A DNA stretch of 63,939 bases, counting the filler, from an uncultured Myxococcia bacterium (GTDB lineage: Bacteria > CAZTWC01), in assembly GCA_964617105.1 (NCBI GenBank). It is 3 parts of 3 records of this genome, joined end to end, with 100 filler letters (N's around TTAATTAATTAA, not from the genome) between each part and the next. Parts side by side here need not be neighbours in the genome. Positions count along the whole stretch, not along the records: positions 22,340 to 44,087 come from CAZTWC010000029.1; 2 more parts are not named here. One strand, written 5' to 3'. Shown in pieces: positions 23,139 to 33,773 of this stretch (position 1 is the stretch's first letter; each line of letters begins with the position of its first letter). Made by a program: the position numbers and the translations under genes. The notes below the pieces were generated by a model. It worked only from the letters and a program-made list of their open reading frames with translations, did not search any database and was not told the origin of the DNA.

Positions 23139-26100
23139 TTGATTTTTCGATTTTTTTACAAGGAAAGAACTTTAACCGCAATTGGGGCGTCAGCGCTGTT
23201 GGCAAGTACCATCTTGGTATTTGGGGCTCTGCAGTTGTATCTCACCAATATAAATGAATTTACCTTTGCACTGTCCGAAATAATCTTTTTTCCAATAATA
23301 ATCTTTTTCATTGTGGTTGTATCTCTTAGTTCTGTTATTGCCCTGATGGGAGACAAGACTGCTCAGAGAGTTAGTTCGCTGGTATTTGCATTAGGGGTAT
23401 TGTTCTGGCTGCAAGGAAATTTTATCCTTTGGGACTATGGCTTTTTGGACGGTAAAACCATTGAATGGCAAAAAAACATACACTTAGGGATTATTGACAC
23501 CATCATATGGCTTGCGGTAATAGCAAGTTCTTTGGCTTTTTCTGCTTTTTTATCCAGGCACTGTAAAAAAATATCAGTAATGCTTATCTTGATTCAAACT
23601 ATTTCTCTCCTTTTTACCGCTTCGTCCATCGATATAAATGAGAAGCCCAGTTATAAAAAGTTTTCCATCGACGATAGTCATAAATATCAGTTTTCCTCTA
23701 AAAAAAATATCATTATCCTTATATTTGATTCTTATACCTCAGATATTTTTTCCGAAATTATCTCTGAAAGTCCATCCTATAAAGATATATTTAAAGGGTT
23801 TACCTATTTTCCCAATGCCCTTGGCGGTTATCCCTATACTAATGCATCTGTTCCTTTGATTCTAACCGGACAGTACTATGACAATTCAATCCCTATTCAG
23901 GAGTTTCAAAAACAAGCCTTTAAATCACAATCATTGCCAAAACTACTAACAAAACAGGGTTATAGGGTAGATATATTCCCCTGCAACCCTAAAATGATCT
24001 ATTATCACCAAGATCACATGTCAAATATAGTAAAAAGAAAGGTAAACTTAAATGAAGTTGCCTACCTGTTTGACATCGCACTTTTCCGCTATTCACCTCA
24101 TTTTATTAAAAAACTTATCTATAATGATCAGCATTGGTTTTTAAAAAGATTCGATTTTAATAACAAATTTAACCGCAAAAATCTCCCAAAAATAGATGAT
24201 GGATACTCAAAATACCGGGATCTGCGGTTTATTGAAAAGATTGAAAAAACTCTTCAGGTAACTCTGGATAGACCTTCTTTTAAATATTATCATCTAAACG
24301 GCCCCCATCCACCTTTATTGCTAAACGAAAAACTTGAAATAGAGCAACTGCCCAACAATCGATTGGGCATTAAAAGGCAAGCAAAAGGGATGTTGGAGCT
24401 CTCCCGGAGATTTTTTAGACAGTTAAAAGCGAAAAAGATCTTTGATGATTCCATGATCATAATTGCTGCTGATCACGGTTTTAGCGTAGGACATACCTTA
24501 AATTTGAAGGTATTGCCAGATAGTTTAAAAACTTTGACGTCAAAAACTCCAGATAAGGGTGCTAAGGTCTATGCAATACCTTTAATTCTGATTAAACCAT
24601 TTAACTCTAAAGAAGATTTTCAAATTTCTAAGGCGCCGGTAACCCTGGGTGATATTCCTCAAACCATCTTTTCTCAACTGGGGCTTAAAGTAGACACTCC
24701 GGGAGAATCCATGTTTGCCATTAAAGAAACTGCTAAACGAAAGCGAAAATTTTATACGTATATTCAGAACAGAAATTTTTGGAGGTACAAATATTTACCA
24801 GATATGACCGAGTATTCCGTCGATGGATTCAGCTGGTTAGAGAGTTCCTGGTCCAAAACCGGGATAAAACTTACAGGCCAAAAGAAACCAAAAAGCAAAC
24901 CCAAACCTATCGATAGATCTTTAAGTAGTTCTGAGCTGGTGCTAACCTTCCATGATCGGGGCAATGCCAGGCCCTACCTGAGAAGTGGATGGAGTTATCC
25001 GGAAAAAAACTTTACCTGGACCAATAGTAATGAAGCCCAAATCATCTTCCCCTTAAAAAAGAAATCTAACAATTTACTGATTAAAGCCTCAATAATTCCC
25101 AATCTGGCCAGGGGCAAAATAGCCAGACAGAGAGTTTCTATATATGCCAACGGAAAAAAGGTTGGACAATGGAAGGTTGCATCTGGCGGCATTTATCAAG
25201 CCTTGATTCCCCAAAAATATTTAAATGATTCCCAGTTAGATCTTTCTTTCAAACTTCCTGACGCGACCACCCCCATCGTACATCATAATAGCGCAGATTT
25301 GCGCAAACTGGGAATTGCGGTTATTAGTCTCAAACTGAAAGAGATAGGTGACCATGCTCCTCTAATTGCCAATAGTAAACTCCAAAATACTATGGCTACT
25401 CCTTTAGAGCCATCATCTAACCAGATGATTAAATTCGGAGCCAATAACCAGGGCCGGCAATATCTGGGAAAGGGATGGAGCAAACCAGAAAAGAGTTTTA
25501 CCTGGTCAAACAGTAAAGAGGCCACTATGTTGATACCTTTTACCGGCCAGCCCAAGACCTTGATTCTTACCACCCTATTAACCCCCTATATACTAAAAGG
25601 AAAAATTGACCAACAGCGCGTAACGGTTTTGGCCAATGGCAAAAAAATAGCTAATTGGGAAGTATCTTCTACCGGCGCATATTATGCCGTTGTGCCTCCC
25701 GATTTTTTCAACAACCGCCCGCAGATGGAACTTGTATTTCAACTTCCTGATGCAGTTATTCCAGCCACTCTGGGAACCAGTAAAGACCAGCGTAATCTGG
25801 CCCTTTGCCTTCAAGGTTTAAAGATAAAAGAGATGGACATAAACAGGGCGCAGCAGATATTAAAATTTGGAATAAAAGGCAATTCTATACCATACCAGAT
25901 AAAGGGATTTCATCCTCCGGATCAAAATTTTACCTGGACCGCCAATAAAAAGGCTTCATTGTTATTTCCAATCACTGGAGATTCAAAAGATTTAATAATG
26001 AAAGCCTCTCTGTTTCCCTATGTGGTTCCCAAAAAACTGGATCGCCAAAAAGTCATAGTCAATATAAATGGTCAAAAGATAACTGAATGGGATGTGATTC

Positions 26101-26270
26101 AGGAGGGTGAATATACATTGACTATTCCCGGGAGATATATCAAGGATTATCAACTGTATATAACCTTTGAAATTCCTGACTCCACCATACCGATTCTACA
26201 CGGAACCAGCGCAGATATGAGAGATCTGGGAGTTGCCTTTAGAACTCTGGTGATTTCTCCAACTATTTAG
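23139..26270 (+). CDS. Membrane-anchored alkaline-phosphatase-superfamily (LtaS/EptA-like, 'sulfatase-like') transferase with three C-terminal repeated beta domains
   Basis: About five N-terminal TM helices; IILIFDS, YPYT (candidate Thr nucleophile, no CxPxR), HLNGPHPP, AADHG; three 'G(W/F)xxP(E/D)xxFTW' repeats. Confidence 0.8.
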   Translation: MIFRFFYKERTLTAIGASALLASTILVFGALQLYLTNINEFTFALSEIIFFPIIIFFIVVVSLSSVIALMGDKTAQRVSSLVFALGVLFWLQGNFILWDYGFLDGKTIEWQKNIHLGIIDTIIWLAVIASSLAFSAFLSRHCKKISVMLILIQTISLLFTASSIDINEKPSYKKFSIDDSHKYQFSSKKNIIILIFDSYTSDIFSEIISESPSYKDIFKGFTYFPNALGGYPYTNASVPLILTGQYYDNSIPIQEFQKQAFKSQSLPKLLTKQGYRVDIFPCNPKMIYYHQDHMSNIVKRKVNLNEVAYLFDIALFRYSPHFIKKLIYNDQHWFLKRFDFNNKFNRKNLPKIDDGYSKYRDLRFIEKIEKTLQVTLDRPSFKYYHLNGPHPPLLLNEKLEIEQLPNNRLGIKRQAKGMLELSRRFFRQLKAKKIFDDSMIIIAADHGFSVGHTLNLKVLPDSLKTLTSKTPDKGAKVYAIPLILIKPFNSKEDFQISKAPVTLGDIPQTIFSQLGLKVDTPGESMFAIKETAKRKRKFYTYIQNRNFWRYKYLPDMTEYSVDGFSWLESSWSKTGIKLTGQKKPKSKPKPIDRSLSSSELVLTFHDRGNARPYLRSGWSYPEKNFTWTNSNEAQIIFPLKKKSNNLLIKASIIPNLARGKIARQRVSIYANGKKVGQWKVASGGIYQALIPQKYLNDSQLDLSFKLPDATTPIVHHNSADLRKLGIAVISLKLKEIGDHAPLIANSKLQNTMATPLEPSSNQMIKFGANNQGRQYLGKGWSKPEKSFTWSNSKEATMLIPFTGQPKTLILTTLLTPYILKGKIDQQRVTVLANGKKIANWEVSSTGAYYAVVPPDFFNNRPQMELVFQLPDAVIPATLGTSKDQRNLALCLQGLKIKEMDINRAQQILKFGIKGNSIPYQIKGFHPPDQNFTWTANKKASLLFPITGDSKDLIMKASLFPYVVPKKLDRQKVIVNINGQKITEWDVIQEGEYTLTIPGRYIKDYQLYITFEIPDSTIPILHGTSADMRDLGVAFRTLVISPTI

Positions 26271-26311
26271 TGGCCACAAAAATATACTGGTCACGTCCCA
26301 AATAGCCAAAT

Positions 26312-26857
26312 TCAAGGGAACCTGTCCTTTAACTCTATCAGATGATCGATAACCAAATCCGCCCTGGTATTCTTATAATCGGTGATTTTATTCCCTTTTA
26401 ATAAAATGTTGGTTTTTACTCCAGCATTTATGCCGGCTTCAATATCAGACTCTTTATCACCAATATTTAAGGATTTAGTCAAATCGAGATCAAAGGTGCG
26501 CTGAGCATTGAGAAAATTTTGCGCCTTTGGCTTACGGCACTCACATTTAATTCGATATTGCTCTTCAACTGCTGCCTGGGGATGGTGAGGGCAAAAATAG
26601 ACCTTTGAGATGGTTATCCCCATCTTTTTAAACTCGGCCAACATCCAGTTGGTTAACCTGTGATAGTCATCCAGGCTGTAGTACCCTCTGCCAATACCGG
26701 ATTGGTTGGTGATAATAAAAATTAAATACCTCTGCTTCTGAAAAAAGCGGCATATCTGGCCAATACCGTCCATAAATTCAAAGTCTTCTATTTTGTAGAG
26801 ATAGTTGATTTCCCGGTTGACCACTCCGTCTCTATCTAAAAAAAGCGCTTTGTTCAT
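26312..26857 (-). CDS. gmhB: D-glycero-D-manno-heptose 1,7-bisphosphate phosphatase
   Basis: FLDRDGV, TNQSGIGRG, CPHHP...CECRKP, GDKESD. Confidence 0.93.
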   Translation of the reverse strand: MNKALFLDRDGVVNREINYLYKIEDFEFMDGIGQICRFFQKQRYLIFIITNQSGIGRGYYSLDDYHRLTNWMLAEFKKMGITISKVYFCPHHPQAAVEEQYRIKCECRKPKAQNFLNAQRTFDLDLTKSLNIGDKESDIEAGINAGVKTNILLKGNKITDYKNTRADLVIDHLIELKDRFP

Positions 26858-27564
26858 CCTGGCTGACCCTGTAATAATTCCCTGTGGTTCTGGGCTATTT
26901 GATAATCCTGGGGGATCCCGATATCAATAAAAAAACCATTCCTTATATAACCAAAAAACTGGTAGGCTTTGACCTTTTTTTCAAAAAAATCAGTTTCTAA
27001 AGAAAATTTATCGGGAAATTGCTCTCTGCTCTCCAAAATATCTCTTTGGGTCACATAGATTCCGCCATTGATATCACCTTGCTGATAAATCCCTTTTTCT
27101 TGAAAGCCAATGATTTTACGGTCTTTATTGGTGAGCACTTTGCCGTACCGATCAAAATTCTGCATAGGTTTCAAGGCCAGAGTCATATCAGCCTTTTTAG
27201 ACAGGTGAAATTCCAGCAACTCCTTTAAATTAACATCAAAGAAAGTGTCGCCGTTGATGATAAAGAGATTTTCTTGCCGGGCATGTCCCAGGGCCAATTT
27301 AACCGCCCCGCCGGTGCCCAGAGGCTCGGCTTCCACAGAATAGGTTATGGGAACAGTTTTATAGATGTCCCCATATCGTTGAATAAAGGCCTGGTGGCCA
27401 TAGCCTATCGCAAAGATTAGCCTGGATACGCCCTGGCTCAGAAGGTAATCGAGAATATAGTCTAAAAAGGTTCTGGAGCCTATGGGGGCTAAGGGTTTTG
27501 GCGTATTGGGCAGCACATTTTTTAGCCTGGTGCCCAATCCTCCGGCCAGGATAATCGCTTCCAC
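26854..27564 (-). CDS. hddC: D-glycero-alpha-D-manno-heptose 1-phosphate guanylyltransferase
   Basis: LAGGLGTRL, PKPLAP, EPLGTGGA, NGDT, FIDIGIPQDY; between hddA and gmhB. Confidence 0.85.
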   Translation of the reverse strand: MEAIILAGGLGTRLKNVLPNTPKPLAPIGSRTFLDYILDYLLSQGVSRLIFAIGYGHQAFIQRYGDIYKTVPITYSVEAEPLGTGGAVKLALGHARQENLFIINGDTFFDVNLKELLEFHLSKKADMTLALKPMQNFDRYGKVLTNKDRKIIGFQEKGIYQQGDINGGIYVTQRDILESREQFPDKFSLETDFFEKKVKAYQFFGYIRNGFFIDIGIPQDYQIAQNHRELLQGQPG

Positions 27565-27626
27565 TTATACTCCTTCACATAACATTTATAATTATTTTCT
27601 ATTATTGTTTCCGAATGGACACTGGT

Positions 27627-28667
27627 TTAACTCTGAGAACCTATCTGCCAACTTTTTACCCCGTTTTTTACAAAATGGAAGTTAAATATCATTCCCCCTT
27701 CCAACTCACTTAGTTTTCGCCGCAATTTTATTTTGTTTACCGGATCGGTTATGAGTATCATAAATCCGCCGCCGCCGGCACCGGAGATCTTGCCGGCATA
27801 GGCGCCTGCCTCCATGGCCTTTTCATAGATCTCATCCAGCCAGGGATTGGTTATCTGTTTGGCCAATTTCTTTTTGGCCAGCCAGGAACTGTTTAAGGTT
27901 TGGGCAAATAGAGGGATATCTCCTTTTAGAATCGCCTCTTTCATCACCAGGGCATCCGCTTTAATCGCATGCATGGCATTAAGGGCTGTTTCCTTATTAT
28001 CCTGAGTATTTTTTATCTGCTCTTTGATAATATTGGCCGATTGACGGGAGGTGCCGGTGTGGAAAAGCAGGATAGAACTTTCCAACTCATCTAAAACATA
28101 GGTTTTTATCCTTAAGGGATTAACAATAACCCGGTCTTGGGCAAAAAATTCCATAAAGTTAAAGCCGCCAAAAGTAGCGGCATACTGATCCTGTTTACCG
28201 CCGCTAAACTCCAAATCCACTCTCTCAATCTGATAGGCCAACTGAGCAATATCGTAATCGCCCAAAGGGAGTTTCAACCACTCCTTAAAGGCCGCTAAAA
28301 TTACCACTTCCATGGTTGATGAGGTGCCCAGTCCACTGCCTGCGGGTGCATCGGCATAAGTTGTCATCTTAAAAGAGAGGGGATTACCCTGATTAAAATC
28401 CTGTATAATGCGGTTATATGCGCCTTTGTGCAAATCAAAATTGCCATCAATCTCTAAAACGGATTTAGTCTCGCACTCTAAATATTCATCTCTATCAGTG
28501 GTGACAAAAATGATCTTGTTGTTGTCCAGCGGTTCAATAGTGCAGTAAGCGTAAAGATCTATAGCCGCGTTAAGGACATAACCACCGTAAAGATCAGAAT
28601 AGGGGGCCACATCGGTGCCGCCTCCAGCCAACCCCAGCCTTAGCGGTGCTTTTGCACGAAAAATCAT
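27627..28667 (-). CDS. hddA: D-glycero-alpha-D-manno-heptose 7-phosphate kinase (GHMP family)
   Basis: [43 protein letters not shown]. Confidence 0.92.
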   Translation of the reverse strand: MIFRAKAPLRLGLAGGGTDVAPYSDLYGGYVLNAAIDLYAYCTIEPLDNNKIIFVTTDRDEYLECETKSVLEIDGNFDLHKGAYNRIIQDFNQGNPLSFKMTTYADAPAGSGLGTSSTMEVVILAAFKEWLKLPLGDYDIAQLAYQIERVDLEFSGGKQDQYAATFGGFNFMEFFAQDRVIVNPLRIKTYVLDELESSILLFHTGTSRQSANIIKEQIKNTQDNKETALNAMHAIKADALVMKEAILKGDIPLFAQTLNSSWLAKKKLAKQITNPWLDEIYEKAMEAGAYAGKISGAGGGGFMILITDPVNKIKLRRKLSELEGGMIFNFHFVKNGVKSWQIGSQS

Positions 28668-28722
28668 CTATTCTCCTGCCCTTCTTTTTCCAGTTAAATA
28701 ATGGTTAATGCTGTACCGTGTA

Positions 28723-31700
28723 TTACCTCAAATCCATATCTGCCGATAGTTTGTCTGCCACATTCCGGGGAGAAAAATATTTGGCAATATATTTTGATGC
28801 CATGGAGGAAAAATTTTGTAACTTCTCCTGGTTATTGTATAAATCAACAATCGCCCCGGCAAAATCCTCCTTCTTATCGGCAATTTTCAGGTAATCTTCA
28901 ATATTTTCCAGTCCTTCCGCCCCAATGGAAGTAGTAATCAGCGGTATCCGGTTATGCAGCGCTTCCACTACTTTCCCTTTAACTCCGGCGCCATAAAGCA
29001 GCGGCACTACCGCTATTTTACATTGGGCATAATACTGGTCAAGAGTGTCATTATCCACATATCCAGTAACAATTACATTCTCTGATGCCAGAGCCTGAAC
29101 CTCTTCGGTGGGGTGAGAGCCGATTATATATATATTTATTTTCGGCAACTCTTTTACAATGGCCGGAAAAACTTCTTTGACAAACCAGAGTATCCCATTC
29201 CCATTGGGTTTATGTTTAAACCCGCCTACAAACATAATATCTTTTCGTTGACTGAAATCTATTGGATTATCATTTGATCCGGTATTATCAAAGATATAGG
29301 CTGGTATGGCTTTTACATTGGCTTTGGGCAAATCTTGTTTGATTAAATCCACCTCGATTTGCGATGGATAGTAGATTACATCTGCCTGAGAAAAGATCCT
29401 GAACTCAATCTCTTTCCAAATCTCGTATTGATTTAAATTCTGCTCATTTTTGTATAACTCATATTCCCGCTTCTCCCTTAGATAATGCAAGTCATGGCCA
29501 TAGTAGATTATTTTGGCCCGGGTGTTCTGCTTAATAAAATCGATATATTTAATCGAGATATGGGGGCGGTTTAGAAAGACATAGTCTAGATATTTGCTGT
29601 GGTCAGATATCCACTTTTGCCAATTGCTGGCGTACCAGTCTCCATACAGTACCTCTATACCAAGTTGCTGCAACGCTGTGGTATAGGGTTCATGCCTGAA
29701 AAAATTATCACCAATAAATTTGATATTAAAACCCTGGTCGATAAAAAACTTGATATATTGATAGGTGGTTTGCGAGCCAGCATCCTGGTCAAAATGGGGG
29801 ACATAGTGGTCGATAAATAGCAGAGTTTTCTTGTTTTGGCTACGATCCCGGGCCCAAAATACATTTTGCCCGCTCTCAAATTGTCCCTTTTCTAACTGCT
29901 TTTGCCACTTTTCAAAAAACTTCTGATTGTTTATTTGTTGATACTTTTTAATCCCGCTATTAATATCAGTTCCACTGGTAATACCCTCGTGATGGGTCAC
30001 CACCGATTTGGGCTGAAAAACCACCTTGTAACCGCGAGCCCGCACCTCAAAAGCCAAATCTGAATCCTCGCAGTAAGCGGGGGCATATCTCTGATCGAAT
30101 CCACCTATCTCCTCCCATAGACTTTTACGGATCATTATGCTGGCGCCAGAAATGTAGTCCACCTCTTTAACATAATTATATTCCGGCTTTTCCGGATCAT
30201 CGGTCCGGCCAAAATTCCAGCCAGAGGCATCCTGCCAAATAACCCCGCCGCTCTCCTGCAAAGTACCATTGGAATAAACCAGTTTTGAGCCTACCATTCC
30301 TACTGTTTCATCGTTTTCTGTGATATCCAGCAATGAATCAAGCCAACCCTCGTTTACTTCGGTGTCATTGTTTAAAAAGTGGAGATATTCTCCATGGGCC
30401 TGGCTGGCAGCCTGATTACAGTTTTTCAGAAATCCCAGGTTGGTTTTGTTGCTGATTAGTTGAACATTTTTAAAGGATTTTAACATCTCCTGGGTTTGAT
30501 CAGTGGAATTATCATTGGCCACAATCACTTCATAGGAGATGTTGAGAGTATTTTTCAGGATGGAAACCAAACAAAAATAGGTGTAGTTCCATTGATTATA
30601 AACCGGGATTATAATAGATACTTTGGGCCGGCTAAAGTAGGGAAACTCCAACAAATAGTTGGGCTCAGCGTTATCAGTGGCAACCTCTGGCTCTCCCCCT
30701 TTTGGCGACCTGGTTACTTGAGATGCCAGGTTATTTACCCGGCTAAATAGTTGTTGCAAAATTTTCCTTCTTCTTGAACCCAAAGGCAGGTTTTTATCCC
30801 TGATGCTGTAGTAAAACAACAGGGCTCTCCAGCCATGACAGTGAAGAATCTGCTCCAATCTTTCTCTGGTATCTTTTAGGTCAACCTCCAGTTGATCAAC
30901 ATGCCGAATTTTATTTTCGAGCCGGGCTTTTAAAGATATTATGCGGGTATCTTTTTCCTCAATCGCCTTGGTCATCTTCTCAATATCGACATTATCATGT
31001 TTTACCTGGCTATCAAGTTGCGTCACCAGGTTTTCTTTACTTTTAAGGCTGGACTGCGAAGAGAGGATCTCCTGCTCCTGCTCTTTGCACAAGTTGGCAT
31101 AATCTTCCAGTTGTTTATGGTTTTTTTGAACTTCCTTTTCATAAAAGATAATCTGCTGGGCCTTTTGCTCCACCTGTTTTATTAAAGTTTGGTTCTGGTC
31201 CTGGGCGGTTTGCAACTGCTCCCTGAGATAGGCATCTTGCTTCTCCTTCTCCTCCAGCAAATATTGATTATGATCCTGGGCCTTTTGCAATTGTTCAATA
31301 AGATGGGTCAACTGTGTATCCCGCTTTTCCATCTGTCCGATTAGAGTTTGACTCTGGTCATGGGCGGTTTGTAGTTGCTCCATAGATTTGTCAATCTGGT
31401 TTTTCTGATGTTTAGATTGAAGAGTGAGCCCCTCTATTTGGCCATTTCTTTGGGATAGTTGCTGGCTAAGATTATCCACCTGCCCCTGTTTTATTCTGGT
31501 TTCCTCAAACATCCTTTCCGACAGGTCAACTAAAATAGAGGTATTGACGGAGGTGATTTTTTTATCAGAACAAAGAGCGATAGCATACATAATCTCTTTA
31601 TCTTCTGTTGAAGGTCTAAATCCCTCTGCAGTAAAACGTAACTTATATTCGGTCCATTCTTTATTGCTCTCCTCTGTATTCCAAATATAGGAAATCGGAT

Positions 31701-32244
31701 AGAGTCTTTGTCCCACAACCTGGGTATATTTAAACGATTGCCCCAAAAACTCCTTAAACTCCTCTAAATAAAATTCATTTTCATGAAATTCATTTTTAAA
31801 TTTGGGAAGATCACTGTAAACCAATTTATTAGGAGTTGAGGCGATCAGAAGACCGCCCGGCTTTAATATCTGTTTTATTGAAGTTAAAAATTTATTTTGC
31901 TCTTCAGCAGAAATATGCTCAATGGTTTCAAAGGATACTACTACATCGAATACAGGCGCCAAAGTTTGGCTGATATCCTCAGTGGATCCGACCTGAAACT
32001 GGAGGTTATCCGGTAAATATTTCTCCTTTGCTTCGGTTATTGATTCCTGATCTATATCTATACCGATTACCTGACTGGCATTTTTTTGGGCCAGCAGATA
32101 ACTGCCATAACCTTCGCCACAGGCAATATCCAGCACCTTTTTGTTTTTTACAAATTCACCGGCATATAAATAACGATGCCAGTGTTCATAGCTAATCTCC
32201 GGATTTTCAATATTGGGTAGATATCGCTCGCCTGTAAATTCCAT
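28723..32244 (-). CDS. Multidomain glycan polymerase/terminator: SAM methyltransferase + coiled coil + GT2 + GT4-like glycosyltransferase
   Basis: FTGER...EHWHRY, LDIACGEGYG; Q/E/K-rich coiled coil; VSIIIPVYN...LNNDT...YCEDSD; C-terminal GAGVKGK. Confidence 0.9.
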   Translation of the reverse strand: MEFTGERYLPNIENPEISYEHWHRYLYAGEFVKNKKVLDIACGEGYGSYLLAQKNASQVIGIDIDQESITEAKEKYLPDNLQFQVGSTEDISQTLAPVFDVVVSFETIEHISAEEQNKFLTSIKQILKPGGLLIASTPNKLVYSDLPKFKNEFHENEFYLEEFKEFLGQSFKYTQVVGQRLYPISYIWNTEESNKEWTEYKLRFTAEGFRPSTEDKEIMYAIALCSDKKITSVNTSILVDLSERMFEETRIKQGQVDNLSQQLSQRNGQIEGLTLQSKHQKNQIDKSMEQLQTAHDQSQTLIGQMEKRDTQLTHLIEQLQKAQDHNQYLLEEKEKQDAYLREQLQTAQDQNQTLIKQVEQKAQQIIFYEKEVQKNHKQLEDYANLCKEQEQEILSSQSSLKSKENLVTQLDSQVKHDNVDIEKMTKAIEEKDTRIISLKARLENKIRHVDQLEVDLKDTRERLEQILHCHGWRALLFYYSIRDKNLPLGSRRRKILQQLFSRVNNLASQVTRSPKGGEPEVATDNAEPNYLLEFPYFSRPKVSIIIPVYNQWNYTYFCLVSILKNTLNISYEVIVANDNSTDQTQEMLKSFKNVQLISNKTNLGFLKNCNQAASQAHGEYLHFLNNDTEVNEGWLDSLLDITENDETVGMVGSKLVYSNGTLQESGGVIWQDASGWNFGRTDDPEKPEYNYVKEVDYISGASIMIRKSLWEEIGGFDQRYAPAYCEDSDLAFEVRARGYKVVFQPKSVVTHHEGITSGTDINSGIKKYQQINNQKFFEKWQKQLEKGQFESGQNVFWARDRSQNKKTLLFIDHYVPHFDQDAGSQTTYQYIKFFIDQGFNIKFIGDNFFRHEPYTTALQQLGIEVLYGDWYASNWQKWISDHSKYLDYVFLNRPHISIKYIDFIKQNTRAKIIYYGHDLHYLREKREYELYKNEQNLNQYEIWKEIEFRIFSQADVIYYPSQIEVDLIKQDLPKANVKAIPAYIFDNTGSNDNPIDFSQRKDIMFVGGFKHKPNGNGILWFVKEVFPAIVKELPKINIYIIGSHPTEEVQALASENVIVTGYVDNDTLDQYYAQCKIAVVPLLYGAGVKGKVVEALHNRIPLITTSIGAEGLENIEDYLKIADKKEDFAGAIVDLYNNQEKLQNFSSMASKYIAKYFSPRNVADKLSADMDLR

Positions 32245-32979
32245 CTAAACCACCTCTTGATAAGAGTTGATCACCTGCTCTGGGTCACCATCTTCTCTGA
32301 TTTTACCTCTATCCAGCCAAACCACCCGGCTGCAAATGGTTTTTATAGCCTCCAGGTCATGGGAAACCAAAACCGTTGTTCCCCCGCCATTGATAATTTT
32401 CAATAGGGCATTTCTGGACTTCTTTTGAAAAGAGGCGTCACCCACTGCCAGCACTTCATCGATGAGCATAATTTCAGGATCTATGTGGATTGCCACAGAG
32501 AAAGCCAGACGCATATACATACCAGCAGAGTAAGTTCTGGCCGGCATCCAGATAAATTCGCCCAACTCAGCAAATTCGACAATATCATCTACCCGGTCCA
32601 TCACTTCCGCCTTGGTAAGACCCAGCAAAACGCCGTTTATCATAATATTTTCTATGCCGGTCAAATCGGGATGAAAACCTGAACCAAGTTGTAACAGAGG
32701 GGTTTTTTTACCAAAAACCTGCAACTTTCCTTTAGTTGGAAAAATGGTGCCCAGCATCAAGGCCAGCAAAGTGCTCTTACCAGCACCATTGTTACCGATA
32801 ATACCCAGACATTCCCCTTTGACAACCTTCAAATCTATCCCTTTTAAGGCCCAAAACACTTTTTTGCTGCTAACAAAATATTTGCGGGCATTAACCAGAA
32901 ATTCTTTAAAACCGGGCTTGTCCCGCTTCATGGGAAAATTTTTCCAAATATTTTCTAATACAATTGCATCTTCACTCAT
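32245..32979 (-). CDS. wzt: Polysaccharide ABC exporter ATP-binding subunit (no C-terminal carbohydrate-binding module)
   Basis: GNNGAGKST, YSAGMYMRLAF, IDEVLAVGD; only 244 aa. Confidence 0.93.
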   Translation of the reverse strand: MSEDAIVLENIWKNFPMKRDKPGFKEFLVNARKYFVSSKKVFWALKGIDLKVVKGECLGIIGNNGAGKSTLLALMLGTIFPTKGKLQVFGKKTPLLQLGSGFHPDLTGIENIMINGVLLGLTKAEVMDRVDDIVEFAELGEFIWMPARTYSAGMYMRLAFSVAIHIDPEIMLIDEVLAVGDASFQKKSRNALLKIINGGGTTVLVSHDLEAIKTICSRVVWLDRGKIREDGDPEQVINSYQEVV

Positions 32980-33773
32980 AACACTTCATCTAATCGTTTG
33001 CCTAATAACTTAAAAATTGCCACTCCTATCAATAGAAAAATTATAGCAGTAAAGGCGGAGGTATAAATATATGACCAGGCGATAGTATTGTTGAGAAACA
33101 ATTCCCGCCAGGCGCCCATTAAATAGGTGAGGGGGTTAAATAATAAATAAATTCTATACTCCTCTGGTATTGCCTTAAGAGGATAAATAATCGGTGTCAA
33201 CCAGAAAAGAAAATTGATACAGACCCCGATAATATATTCCATATCCCGAAAAAATGCATTTATCATAGAGAGTGAAAGAGAGATCCCCAGAGTAACCGTA
33301 AACTGTATAATAAGCAGTAAAGGAACACCCAGCAACCAATTTATGTGAACAGATTTATCATAGAAATAAACCAGCCCTATCAATATTGGGAAAGAAAAGA
33401 GCAAGTTGACCAATTGGCCGAGAATAGTGGCGAGAACCAAAAAATGCCTGGGAAACATCACCCTTTTGATTAAATTGATATCAGCAGTCAAGGTTCCGGA
33501 TGATAATAGTACTGAGGCTGAAAACCAGTTCCAGGGAAAAAGAGCGGCCAACAGAAAAAGGGTATAGTTTTTCATCTGAAAGCGCATAAAGATATTAAAG
33601 GCAATATAGAGGACAATTGCGGTTAAAATAGGATTCAACAAAGACCACAGTATACCTAAATAGGTGCGCTTATATTTTAAGGTGATATCTTTTTTTACCA
33701 AAAGGACCAAAAGATCCAGTTGTTGGTGAAGTTTGGCTTTAGATGATTGAGAGATAAACATATTATTCACCAA
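32976..33773 (-). CDS. wzm: Polysaccharide ABC exporter permease
   Basis: KYKRTYLGILWSLLNP, PIIYP, NPL; six TM segments. Confidence 0.93.
   Translation of the reverse strand: MVNNMFISQSSKAKLHQQLDLLVLLVKKDITLKYKRTYLGILWSLLNPILTAIVLYIAFNIFMRFQMKNYTLFLLAALFPWNWFSASVLLSSGTLTADINLIKRVMFPRHFLVLATILGQLVNLLFSFPILIGLVYFYDKSVHINWLLGVPLLLIIQFTVTLGISLSLSMINAFFRDMEYIIGVCINFLFWLTPIIYPLKAIPEEYRIYLLFNPLTYLMGAWRELFLNNTIAWSYIYTSAFTAIIFLLIGVAIFKLLGKRLDEVL

Noticed and set aside
32240-32250. wzt TAG directly followed in frame by the glycosyltransferase ATG (possible readthrough fusion or TAG recoding)
   Set aside because: A GAGGTG RBS precedes the ATG, and TAG terminates conserved genes such as trpG at their normal ends, so this is translational coupling with the standard code.
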